Part shown: piece after piece, positions 1 to 11,814 of the stretch | Layout of the letters: each line of letters starts with the position of its first letter | How positions within the stretch are numbered: the first letter of the stretch is position 1 | NCBI GenBank assembly: GCA_001179505.1 | Contig: CDMY01000336.1 | Location: forward strand, 372,001 to 436,000 | Origin: Vitrella brassicaformis CCMP3155 | Taxonomy: Eukaryota > Protista > Chromerida | Direction of reading: 5' to 3' | DNA: 64,000 nt | Notes under the pieces: generated by a model | Database searches by the model: none | Told to the model about the DNA's origin: nothing | The model's input: the letters and a program-made list of their open reading frames with translations, nothing else | Position numbers and translations under genes: made by a program

Positions 1-14
1 GCCCCTTCCGTCAG

Positions 15-810
15 GTCTGGTGGTGCCCAACATCAAGAACGTACAGGACCTCAACGTCGTGGAGATCCAGTCGGAGCTCTCCAGGCTCCAGAAACTGGTG
101 GGCGGGGTGGACATGGCCATGCCATCACACACACACGATGGGCCGCTGATCTGATTGTGTGGGTGTGTGTGTGGCAGTCTCAAGACAACAAGTTGTCGAA
201 TGCGGACCTGACGGGCGGCACGGTGTCGATATCCAACGTGGGGGTCATCGGCGGCACATACGTCAAGGCCATCCTATTCGACGGACAGGCAAGCAAAGCA
301 AAGCATGGTGGCACCCTCACAGCCAGCCGGCCAGGGCAGACAGACAGACAGACAGACAGACCAGCTCACACACGCGATGGATGGATGGACCATCATGATT
401 TTCCTTCCTGCCTGCCTGCCTGCCTGTCTGTCCTATCCCATCTCATATATCAGGCCTTGATTTTCGCCCTCGGCAAGACGCAGGCGCTGCCGCGCTTCGA
501 TGACAAGGGAACGGTAGGCGCCGCACCCCCGCCGACAGCTAGCTCTGCGGTCTCATTGATTGGTTGATTGTGTGTGTGCAGGTGGTGAAGTCTCAGGTGA
601 TGAATGTCGGCTACTCTGCCGACCACCGGCACGTTGATGGGGCCACGGTGGCACGATTCGCGACAGAGTGAGTTGCAAGCAGAAAGGCCAGACGCGTCAC
701 CACATCGATCGGCACTGGTTGATGCTCTTGTCTTGTCTGTGTGTGTCTGGTCTGTCAGGCTGAAGATGTACCTCGAGAATCCCGGCATGATGCTCCTGCG
801 CATGGCCTGA
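15..810 (+). CDS. DBT: Dihydrolipoamide branched-chain transacylase (BCKDH E2), last exons; 5' part lies outside the window
   Basis: Spliced translation GLVVPNIKNVQDLNVVEIQSEL..LTGGTVSISNVGVIGGTY..FDGQ/ALIFALGK..PRF..VMNVGYSADHRHVDGATVARF..LKMYLENP matches the 2-oxoacid dehydrogenase acyltransferase catalytic domain (DHR..DG motif). One intron uses a GC donor at 289. Confidence 0.9.
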
Positions 811-1708
811 TCGACATTGTCAATGATAGACGGACAGATCGGAATCGCTGTTTCTCGTTGACTGTGTGGTGTGTTGATGCATTTGTGGGCGGGGCTGCCG
901 GCATGGCATTCACACCCGACGCCCGGCCACACGGTCGGGTGTGAATCCTCATGTTGGCAGCCCCGATCATGCTGCACAACAAACAACACACACAAATGAC
1001 ATGCCTACTCGGTCTCCCTCTCTCTCTCTCTGTGTGTGTCTGTCTGTCTGTCTGAGTGTGTTTTAACTGGCTCATTTGGTCGATTGATCGATTGCTTGAT
1101 GCACACTTACGGCAATTTTGCTGGGGACTGACCGTGACCGAGTGTTTTCAGTTCCGCCTGTTTTGCGTGCTCGGTTGGATGGCCGCCAATGCGTCAGCTG
1201 CATGAAAGGGCCGACCGCTCAGACAGACCGATGACCGCTGCCTGCTCACCGCACTATCTGTCCATCCCATGACAGCCAGGCAGCCTATGGATGGCCATCA
1301 ATCAACGGTGTCGCTCGCCTACAGATACGATACATGCGTACGCACATATATAGCTTAGCTAGGGATTGCAATCAATGACCTGCCTGCCTGCGTTGGATGG
1401 ATGGCTGGCTGGATGGATGGATGTGTGTGTGTACAGATGTTAGTGCGTGGGTAGCTTAGCGTGGGCAATGGATGCATCAATCAATGGATTGTGTTGGTTG
1501 GCGTGACGTGACGTATATTCGGGTGTGCTCTGTGTCTCACAGACGGCCTGGCCTGTGTATGTATGTATTCAATGCCAACCCATGGACCACGCAAAACTCA
1601 AACATGGTCTTCCACCCACCCATCCCGTCCCATCCCATCCCATCCAGCCAAGACGACGTCAGTCAGGCAGCCCTCTGTACACTCACACACTCACACACAC
1701 CATGCCTC

Positions 1709-2106
1709 CTACTCTTCGCTCCACTTCTTCACGCTGGCCCATCTATCCCTGGGCCGACTCATCTGACCCTCACTCCTCCCTTCAACACCACCACTCATAC
1801 CACCGCCAGAGCTGCTCATGAACACACGTCGAGGGGGCGGGGGGGGCGCTGAGGCCAGCACAACACGACGAGAGCCCTTCGTATGGTGCATCGGTGGCGG
1901 CTCCTCGGCACCCTCATCATCCGAGTCGGCGAAAACCTTCCGGCGGCCGGCGAATGGGAAGAGCCGCCCGCTGTCGGTATCAGGCAGGCGCCGCTTCGTG
2001 CCTCGCCGACTGTCGCCCATGTCAAAGCCCACAGCGGCGTCGTGTGCATGTGCTGGTGCACCATAGTCTCCCCCTCCCTCTCCCCCTCCCCCTCCGCCAC
2101 TCTTCT

Positions 2107-2141
<35 letters not shown>

Positions 2142-3013
2142 TGCCTCGCCGCCACAGCCTCCATCCATTCGTGGTGCTTGTTCCGCGGCCGACAGTTGCA
2201 CTGGTCGATGGTGTGCCGGGTGCCCCCACACGACGCACACGTCGCCACGCCGCCGGCGCCTCGCCGGCCACTTGCAGAGTGCGGGCAGTCCCCACAGATC
2301 AGATGGCCTCGTTCGCCGCACGTGACGCACGAAGGCGCGAAGTCCTCCCTGAGAGTCTTCTCCGACACAAACACCGAGTCCTCGTAGTGCTTCTGTGGGC
2401 AGGAGGCCGCCTCGTGGCCCTCATCGCCACACCTCCCGCACCGCACATCGCGATACGGGCACTCGGCAGACAAGTGGGAGGTGTCAAAGCAGTAGAAGCA
2501 CGCCCATCGGGTGCAGTCGCTCGACTCATGGTCGCCGCCACAGAGAAGGCAGTACTGCTGCTGCTTCCTGTCGTAGGCCGCCTGCAGGTCACGAGGCGGG
2601 AAGGCACGGCGCGCCGCCTGAGGCGTCTGGAAGTAGCGGGCAATTGGTTTCCTTTTGACGAATGGAGGCGGAGAGCCGCTGGCCAGCGACAGGCGATCTG
2701 AATCGCCGACAGCGTCAGTTCTGGGCTGTCGCTTCTTGGCTGACACGGTCACCGAGGCTCCCTTGACGTCATACTGGAAGAGCGGCGGCTGGGGATGGTC
2801 GACAATGGCGTTGAACGAGCCTCTTCTTCTCTTCTTGTTGCGTCGCTGGGGGGATGAGGCCTGCTCTGGCGCAGCGAAGGGCACGTAGCTGTCACTGGGC
2901 TTCTTCTTCTTCTTTTTCTTCGCTGGCCTCGCTGACCCGTGCTCCATGTGGCCATTCATATCAGTTTCTCGCGCCGCATCGCTGTCAACGGTTTCACGGG
3001 CGATCGAATTCAT
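1709..3013 (-). CDS. Multi-CCHC zinc-knuckle protein, Air1/Air2 (ZCCHC7, TRAMP)-like
   Basis: Single 434 aa ORF with about 5 CX2CX3-4HX4C-type knuckles (CLLCGGDHESSDC, CFYCFDTSHLSAEC, CGRCGDEGHEAASC, CVTCGERGHLIC, CASCGGTRHTIDQC) and poly-Lys tracts. Confidence 0.75.
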
Positions 3014-3312
3014 CCTGGCGGGCGCTTGCTGTTATTCCCCTCTGCAGACAGACACAGACAGGAGGGGTATATGACAGACACGCAAGACGGCAAAGGAAAG
3101 ACTGCGCATGCAATGCAAGTCAGTCAACCATGATTCCAAACTGCCTGCACTGCATGAAGAGATTGCATCTACACACACACGACAAGAATTGTATATCTAT
3201 CCCTCGCGTACCTTGCTGCTGCGTACCGGTAGCGCCGCAAGGTACGCGCGGGGCTTAGGAACATGTTGCCCGTCAAACCCATAACCGCTGCTGCATAACC
3301 GACCGACCGACC

Positions 3313-4925
3313 ATGAGTCCGTCGGGCGGCGTGAGGAAGGTTATTTTCGACACAGACGCTGGCGTCGATGACGCACTCGCACTGGTGAGTGGGCATCAAG
3401 CGCATGACGTGACGCACACAGCGAGGGAGAGATCTATGCATCGAAGGGCAAGTTCAGATCTGCCTGTTTTCGTCCATCCTTTGTCTGATTGATGGGTGCA
3501 GGTGTTGCTGCTGCGTGCCCCTGATGTGGATGTGATCGGCATCACCTGCTGTGCGGGCAATGTGGAGCTGGACCAGGTGGTGGAGAACGTCCTCAAGGTC
3601 CTCGCCGTGTGCAATGCAAACGTACCCGTCTACAGGTAGCTCTCGCCACCAGTCAGGCAGTGTCCACTCCCGCATTCGTGAAGGTGTCTGTCTGTCTGTT
3701 CTGGTCTGCCTGCAGGGGCGCACCGCACCCGCTCCTTGGTCAGAAAAAGAGAGTCCATGCAGGCTACTACGTGAGCCAACACAGATATATATATATTATT
3801 AGATAATCTGCCTTGTGTGATGGTTGGGTGCGTGTGTGATGGATTGGTGCGATCGATCAGCACGGCAGCGACGGCCGTGGCGACTCTGAGGAGGCCAGGC
3901 AGATCGACATCACAGCCCAGAAGCACCTGGTGTCGACAGAGAGCGCAGCCATGGGCATGTACAAAGTCGCCAAGGAGGCCATGGCGGCCGGCGACAAGAT
4001 CACCCTCATTGCCGTCGCCCCACTGACCAACCTGGCGGCCGCGCACTCCATCGACCCCTGCTTCTCGTCGCTGCTCAAGGAAGTGGTCATTATGGGCGGA
4101 AACATGGAAGGCAAGGTGAGGTCAGGGGGCAGCGACCGATCTCATGGATGATGCATGCGTAACACGCCCATCTTGTTCCCCTCGTGTGTCTATTTGTCTA
4201 CCAACCGATCGTCAGGGCAACATCACGTTATCAGCCGAGTTCAACTTTTACTTTGATCCCGAGGCGGCCAACATCGTGTTGGAGGAGTTCTGCTGCCCCC
4301 TCACCCTCTACACGTGGGAGCTGTGCCTGGAGCATCCCATTCCCGCCACCCAGTTCTCACAGATCGCCCACCCCGGCCACTCCCCCATATCGCAATACCT
4401 TTTCTGGATCAGCCACTACTCCGCCTACACACACCACAACGTCGACCTCGTCAAGATGCACTCGTCGCCCGACGTGCTGGCGGCGAAAAACAACACAGGC
4501 GGTGGCACGGTGGACGGCAATGATGACACTGAGGGAGACAAGGCCTTTGTGACGGCCGACCCCATGGCGGTGGCGTCGTGGATTGATCCGTCGATCGTGC
4601 TAGAGCGGCACACGAGGCCGGTGATGGTGGAGCTGGGCGGCCACTGGACGAGAGGCATGTGCATAGTAGACTGGGAGAAGAAGGCGGCCGATCCCGAGGT
4701 GCTGACGCCGCCCTTCTTCAACAAGGAGGAGCACAGGCGGGGCGTGGGCATCCCTACCAGGCTCGACACACACAAGATCGTACAGGTAGACACACACACA
4801 CACAGGCAGACAGATAGACAGACAGACAGGTGTGTGGTTACAGTTAATAGTATGTGTGTCGTGTATGTGCATGTGTGTGTCAGATGATGCTGAGGGCCGC
4901 GGGCGCCCCGACGGCCGCCGAGTGA
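3313..4925 (+). CDS. Inosine-uridine preferring nucleoside hydrolase
   Basis: Exons give VIFDTDAGVDDALAL (DxDxxxDD motif), GITCCAGNV, HGSDG, LIAVAPLTNLA, IMGGN, AEFNFYFDPEAA and TADPMAVA; GT-AG introns. Confidence 0.92.
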
Positions 4926-5260
4926 TGATGAAAGCAGAGGCACCAGGGTGTCTGTCGTCCCGGTGGTGCTGCGCTCGCTCTGCAGTGAGTTGATTGCCTG
5001 ACCAGCGTCTGTACCGACGGATATCCATCGCTGTTGGCGGACGCATGTCCGCCTGTCTGTCACATAGGAAAGTGCCTGCATTGATTGATGTATTAATGGA
5101 CGGACGCCGATATCACATCGACACCGTAGGGTATGGTATGGTGTGTGCATTGTGTCGCATTGGAATCAGAAACGCCATAGGAAACAATGGAAATGATGAG
5201 TTCGATCGGAAAATTCTCGCTAAGCTCGCCGAGCTCGAGCTCGAGAAGGCAGAGCAGACG

Positions 5261-6177
5261 ATGACGGTTGCTTTCGACACCTCCTTTGACCACTACTGGC
5301 CGTACTTGGCCATGGTTTCGCTGCCGGTGTTCGCCGTGTGGCTCCCATACAACCACCGTCGCCTCCAACAGCAGGAAGGCCGACCAGCCGCCCTCCTCAC
5401 GCTGGGCATCGCTCTCACCCCGCTCTACATGATACATCAAGTATGTAAAGGGCCGGCCGAACTGATCCGCTGTATTCATTCCGTCCCATGCAATCACAGC
5501 GCCTGCCCTCTTGTCTGTATGTGTCGCTTTCAGTTCGAGGAGCACGCCATTGACTGTCTGGGGCGGCGATACAGCTTCATCGACTACTTCAACGCCATCG
5601 CCCCCGCCAAGTTCGGCGCCCTGCTCGACGCCCGCACTATCACACTTATCAACGTGCCACTTACCTGGCTGATCACGCCGCTGTTCGCCATCATGGCCCA
5701 CGGCAAAGGGCGCTTCGACGCCGTCCCCATCTACCTCATGTGGTCAGCAAGAGGTCTTGCACATTTAAAAGAACGTGTGCATGTTTCTGTCAACCGGTTG
5801 GATTATCATGTGATGTGGTGCAGGGGGCTGGCCTTCTTCAATGCGACCTTTGCGCCCATCATGCCGGCCGTGCTGATGCGCAGCTACAACCCAGGCCTTG
5901 TCCAGTCGCTCTTCATGGCGCAGCATACCTCTACACGGCCACCAAGCACCACCAATTCGGCTGGCTGTCGCTGCTCGGGTGTCTGCTGTTCGGCGGGCCG
6001 GTGGGTCATGGGCTGTTTCTATTGGTGCCGCTGCGGCTGCTCACTCAGAGAGCTATCGGACACGCCATATTCGCTGTGTGGTTGCTGACGGGCCTGATGG
6101 CGGTGCCGGTGCTGATCAGCACTGTGCTGCAGTGCGTGGTTAGGGGTGGGGCGAGGGGAGAGAAGAAGGCCGCGTGA
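5261..6177 (+). CDS. HXXEE-domain multi-pass membrane protein with an apparent frameshift near 5917
   Basis: Spliced LYMIHQ/FEEH gives the HXXEE motif, followed by ITLINVP and YNPGL. The hydrophobic C-terminal half (GAAYLY...AVWLLTGLMAVPVL) is in the -1 frame. Confidence 0.7.
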
Positions 6178-6721
6178 TTTGGGTGAAAGGCAGGCGTGGG
6201 GGAGTAGTTTGGTCGATGGGTTGGTTGGGTTGGGTTGGGGGTCTCCCTGTCTGTCCTGCATTGGATTGGCTGTCGTCTTTGGCTGGGTTGTTGGCCGACT
6301 CCTCACTCATTATTGCGGCGAGTGGATTGACTGACATTTTGATGGCGTGCCGTGGTCTCTGTCTGTTGCAGGGTTGGATTGCTGGCCTTTGCTGCTTTGG
6401 TAGTGTATGTAGATGCCTCTGTTTCTTCTCTCTTGCTCACTCGGTCTGCTATGCTATGCCTTTTGTGTGCCGTTGATGCATCCGATGCGTATGGATACGA
6501 ATGGACTGACTGACCCTGCCTGACCCGCTTGACTGAATGCACCTCGCTCTCGCTCATTTCCGGGCGTTTCATTGATTGCACTGCACTGCACCGGATGTAC
6601 GTAACGATCCCTGAAATGCACACACGTCACACACACACGTCCACCCCTTCTCGTCTGCAAAATGTCAAGCTACCGCCACTCCACCCCTCCCCTCCGCTCC
6701 CCCGCAGGCCGCCAGCACTCA

Positions 6722-6777
6722 TCTCTCTCGCTAAGTCTCTCTCGCTAAGTCTCTCTCCCTAAGTCTCTCTCGCTAAG
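6722..6777. repeat. 14-bp minisatellite (tctctctcgctaag) x4
   Basis: Four tandem copies are directly visible; one has a g>c change. Confidence 0.9.
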
Positions 6778-6845
6778 ACAATTGCACTGAGGTGCCGGGA
6801 AAACCGCTGCCCTTCGCCCCACCCCCTCTCTATGTGTGTGGTCAC

Positions 6846-9475
6846 TCAGCCTGCCTTCTCCCCACCTCCCTTTTGTGCGTTGCGGCGCATCTCACACCCG
6901 CCCCCATCTGACTCTCTAACGGGCGTGACCGTGAACCGATTCCGGGCCGCCTCATGCAGCACAGAGGCCAGGTTAAACCGCGGTCGGGGGGCAGGGCACA
7001 GCACGACAGAGGTGAGAGAGGGCAGGACAGAGAAGACCTGAGCTACGGCATCGGCAAACGAGCGATACATGGCCTTGGCGCAGTCGCCATGCAGCCTGTG
7101 TCCCAGATGGATGCTGATCTGCCTGACGGGCCTCTGTACCCCCGTCCCCAGCTCCCCACCACTGAAGACATGCCAGCTGATGGCCCCTCCCCCTCCCTCG
7201 CCATCTCCCCCAGCACCACCACTACCACCCTTATTGTTCTTCTTCTTGCTGCTGCTACCCTGGCTGGGCACATTGTTGATCTCGACAGAGTAGTGGCACG
7301 TCAAGGCTACCTCCCTCCCCTGCCCACTGAGCAGATGGCGAGCACCGAACGGGACCAGACACAGTGTAGCGGTTGGGTCGATGTCGGGTCGCACCCTCAT
7401 GTGGAAGGTGGCCTCCTCCACCGACGGCAGACCCCTCAGCACATCTCCCACACAAACAGCGTAAAACCCTAGCCCACCTCTTCCTCAGCTACAACTATCG
7501 ACCGCACATTCGGCAGATACGAGGCGGGGTTGCCCGTGATGTATGAGGGCAGGGGAAGGTGCCCCCGCGACTCGATCCTGAGCTGTGTGATGCCCGCCCA
7601 CACGAGCGACCCCCACATCTGCCCTGCCTGCTGGCCATGGACGCCCCCGTGCGAGTGGAGGATGCCATGGCCATGCCCGCCGCCGTGCGAGTGGAGGGTG
7701 CCATGGGTGGCGTGTCTGGCGAGGGCCTGGGCTGTGGCGATGGACGGCTGGAGGTCATTGATGTTGCCGGCGAAGGGCAGCTGGATCGCGAGGGGCTGCC
7801 TCTGCCGGCGGGGGTCGCGGCCGTCGGAGAGGTGGTAGCTCTCGAACGCGTTGGGGGCCAGGCAGGTCGTGCGAAAACGATGCAGCTTCTGCACACACAC
7901 AGACAGACACACCGACGCGTTCATTGGGGTGGTGAGCTGAGCGGATGTCTGTGTACCGACCTGTATCTGAGCAACCGACGAGATGGGCCTCATTCCAAAT
8001 TCTATGTGGCGCAGACGCCCCCCTCCCCCTGTCGCTGCCCCTGCCGTGCCTGCCCCAACAGCACCACCGCCGCCATTGTCGCAGATGACGTCGATGAACC
8101 TCTGCAGGTCGATGTTGAACCAGGCCACGTCGGCCCGGAACGCCACGCCAGTGAGGCTCGTGAGCGACGAGGCTGCATGGCACGCAGGCATTGATTGATC
8201 CATGTCATGTGCATCATGAATGCCGCGAGAAGATAGGCCCACCCCACCTGAGGGTGTGCCCTGGAGTGACTGTGTCGCGTCCTCAATCGTCACCTCGCCG
8301 TACAGCTTCGTGTCCGCCTGACAGACAGACACGAGCCAGTCAGCCAGTCAGTGAACCACACAAAACACAACCAGTCAGCCAAGCCGCCTAATGCACCATA
8401 CCCCTCCTCTCGCTGAGCTGACCAGGTCCGAGGTGACGTGAAGTGCCGTCAGCCCGCCGGACGCCTTGGCGATCCAGGAGCGGGGCCCGTGTGTGCTGAG
8501 GTCCACCACGGAGAGGTCGCGCAGGGCCGGGAGGCTGTAGTTGCGCTGCTCGGCAATCGCCGACCACCCGTTGATGATGGTGGCCGTGTGTAGTTGGCTA
8601 AAGGTGAGGGGCGTCTTGTTGGGCATCATCCAGACCTGCTTGCGAACCTGCCCTCGCCCCCGGCGCCACACCAAGTGCCCCTCTGACCAGCAACACACAC
8701 AGAGACAGGGATAAGACCAACACATACACAGATACGGCAACACGTATGACATGAAGAGGGGCCAAAGCGCATTCGTAACAGTCAGTCAGTCAGTCCAACA
8801 AGCGCACCTTGGTTGCGGCGCCCCCAGCCCTTGACGCGCAGGACCCGCAGCGATGGTGCCATGGACTCGAGCACGTGGAGCAGGGATGGGGTGGGGTGGT
8901 GGTCCACACGCACCTCACGACACTCAGACAAACGGCCTGCCGTTTCATGACACGCGGGGCGGTGGTGGTCAGAGAGTTGTGGTGTTGCGTCTGTGGTGTC
9001 TTGCCTTCACTTACCGGTCCATCGCTCGGCGATGTGCTGTTTGGGGCTGCTGTTGAGTTCGAGCATGGGGTGCATGGCCGGCTGCTGGACGAGGGAGCTG
9101 AAGTAGGTGTTGACCGCGATCAGGGACGTGACGCAGGGGAGGAAGCCCAGGTAGGCCCCCACGCCGACACGCTCCCCGTCGCTCAGCCAGAGAGCTTCGG
9201 GCAGACCCTCTATCGTCAGATCGTCATCCTGACACACACACACACACACACATTGGGCGTGTGTGTGGGTGTTTGGTTCGGGCGCGTACGATGTCGTTGT
9301 TGATTCTGTCCATTTTGTCCTCGAGTGTCTTCATCTTCCTCAGCGCCTGCTCCGTCTGCTGCTTGGCCACCACCCCGTTGTGGCGCACCTGCTCCTCGGC
9401 GTCCCCCAGCAGCATCGACACCAACACCCGCATATTCCTGTCCAGATCCTGTACCCCAGGGGTGCGTGAGCACAA

Positions 9476-9508
<33 letters not shown>

Positions 9509-10412
9509 GTGGCTTCCTGAAGGTGAGGGCGTGGGGGGTGTGGTGTGGTGTGATGTGATGTGTTGGTGTGACCTGCACGCGACTCTGTGTGGCGGGTGTG
9601 TCGTTAGGACTGAGGGCGCCCCTCACATCAAACACACGCTTGGCCTGCATACCATCGCATCGCATCGCATCGCATCGCATCGCATCGCATCGCATCACGC
9701 ACACATCACACCACACAGAGAGAGCAATACATGATCATGTAGAGCACGACGGAGCACTACATGATCATCCATCTCGCTCACGTTGTCCCGCAGATTCTTG
9801 ACTCGTGCTAGCTGTTCCTCGAGTGTGTCGGCCAGCTCGTCCAGCGCCGCCAACACGTCAGAAGGGCCCTTCTCCCCCTCCTCTGCTACATCCATATCCC
9901 CACCCTGCACCAACACAACACACACAGATACATACTAATGCTCCGGCCACACCCAACACCATGCATGCCATGGTGTGCTGTGCTCCATCGCTCCCCCTCA
10001 CCTCCATGTCGACGTCATCCGTCGCTATCTGCCCAGCCGCTGCTGCGGCGGCCGCTCCGCCAGCACCGTCCCCGCCATCCGCACTGCCCGCCGCAGACCC
10101 CTCCATGTCATCGCTCCTGGTCACCTTGGCCGCCACCCGCTGCCGCTTTTTGGCGGCGGCTGGTGTGCTGCCCCTCCGACGCTTCTTGGCCTTGTCCAGC
10201 TCCCAGTCAGATCCATCATCCTCCGAAGCCGATGATTCGGCCGCCATCTCCTCGTCATCATCATCCTCCTCCTCCTCATCTCGCGTGGCCATGCGCCGCT
10301 TGCGGATGGGAGAGCGCGATGCAGCAGCAGCAGCTGCGGCCGACGGAGATGCCGATGCAGCGGCAGCAGGAGCCGACGCCTTCCGCTTCGAACGGCTACG
10401 TAGGCCATCCAT
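6846..10412 (-). CDS. Lineage-specific F-box-like/LRR-like protein with acidic N-terminus; apparent frameshift near 7475
   Basis: About 8 exons can be traced. F-box-like segment LPEALWLSDGERVGVGAYLGFLPCVTSLIAVNTYFSSLV; LRR-like patches LPALRDLSVVDL, LPNVRSIVV, LRGLPSVEEATF. The start codon is uncertain. Confidence 0.55.
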
Positions 10413-10699
10413 GCTTGGACTGACCCAGGGCTATCTGAAACGCTCTCTTCACCGGGAAGAGCGGGTGCAGGGGATTCAATTTCAGAAGTATTCTCCAGCT
10501 CGCAGGTCAAGGGTGAAACCGCTGGAAGAGGCAAATGCTGCGAGAGGCAACCGCTGCAAGAGGAGGCCAAGTTTCTGTCGCATTCAGCGAAGGTCTGCAG
10601 CTTTGTCCAGAAGGTGCATGCACGTTGCGCCTGGTGAGTGAGTGAACACATTGTGATTCGTATCCACACGTACACATGAGTGAATCGTGTCACGACGTG

Positions 10700-11782
10700 A
10701 GTCGCCATAATGCTCGTCCCTGCATCCATCCCATCCATCAGTCAGTCAGTCCGTCAGCATGCCTTAGCATGCCTTGCCTTGCTCGTCGACATCGATCGCA
10801 TCTATCCACACATGAATGAATGAAGCCCCACACGCCCTCCCTCCCCTGCCCTCCCCTCTCGACTTCCCATCCCATCCACACGTACACATTCCACCTCAAC
10901 ACATGATGGGCTTGGCCTTGTCGGTCACAGGCCCCTCATGCCGCCGTTGTCGAGCCAGGGCTTGTTCAGTTCATGCGCACCTTGGGGAAGCGGCGGAATG
11001 AATGGCATGCCGTCCTGCCTGCACACAACACAAACAGAGGGAGAGAGAGGGTTCCGTGATCCACACACCGACCGTTTCTCTCCTCGCCCTCCTCGCTGAT
11101 TGGATTGCTGGCGGCTTGCCTTGCCTGTTTGGGTGTGGTGTGCCATCCATGTATGGCGGTGACGCTCTCGATCGATGAGCATTGATGCCGATGGTCTTTC
11201 ATGCCAGAGGGGAAATCGTGGGGGTTGAACAGAATGTCAGGCACCAGACCCGACTCCTGCACACCCCCAACATACACACACATGGAAGGAAGACACACAC
11301 ATCCATCAATATGCCCACCACCGTGCCTGTCCCTCCCCCTCTCTCCATGCTCTCACTCACGGTGAGTGAATGGCATATCTTCGTGTGTGTGGCCAGAGTC
11401 GGCTGAGGATGGGATGCCCTTCTGCCCATGGCATGGCGCGACGAGAACGAACTTGTCGCCGGCCCACAATGGGGTCGCGGTTGCACCGCAGCTTGAGCAG
11501 CACCCTCTCGGCGACCTGTGAGGTCTGCTTGCGGTATGCGGCCACGTCAGGTGGGCTGATGCGGTTGGTTGATGCGCTCACGAAGGCGTCCTCCTCGTCG
11601 TTGCGGATGTTTTCGGCGCGCTTCTCATCCTCACTGTCAGTCAGAGGTGTCGGCATTTAGTTCCGGGTCGCTTCGGGCACGTTGAGTTGTTTGCCCCTCT
11701 TGCGCTTGCGCTGTTCTACTCCACGCAGCGCCTTTACAGAGTCGATCTGACCACACGCAGACAGACAGACAGACAGACAGAC

Positions 11783-11814
<32 letters not shown>

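Noticed and set aside
6722-6777. Tandem repeat resembling a CRISPR array
   Set aside because: There are no spacers and no cas genes, and the context is eukaryotic; it is a simple minisatellite.
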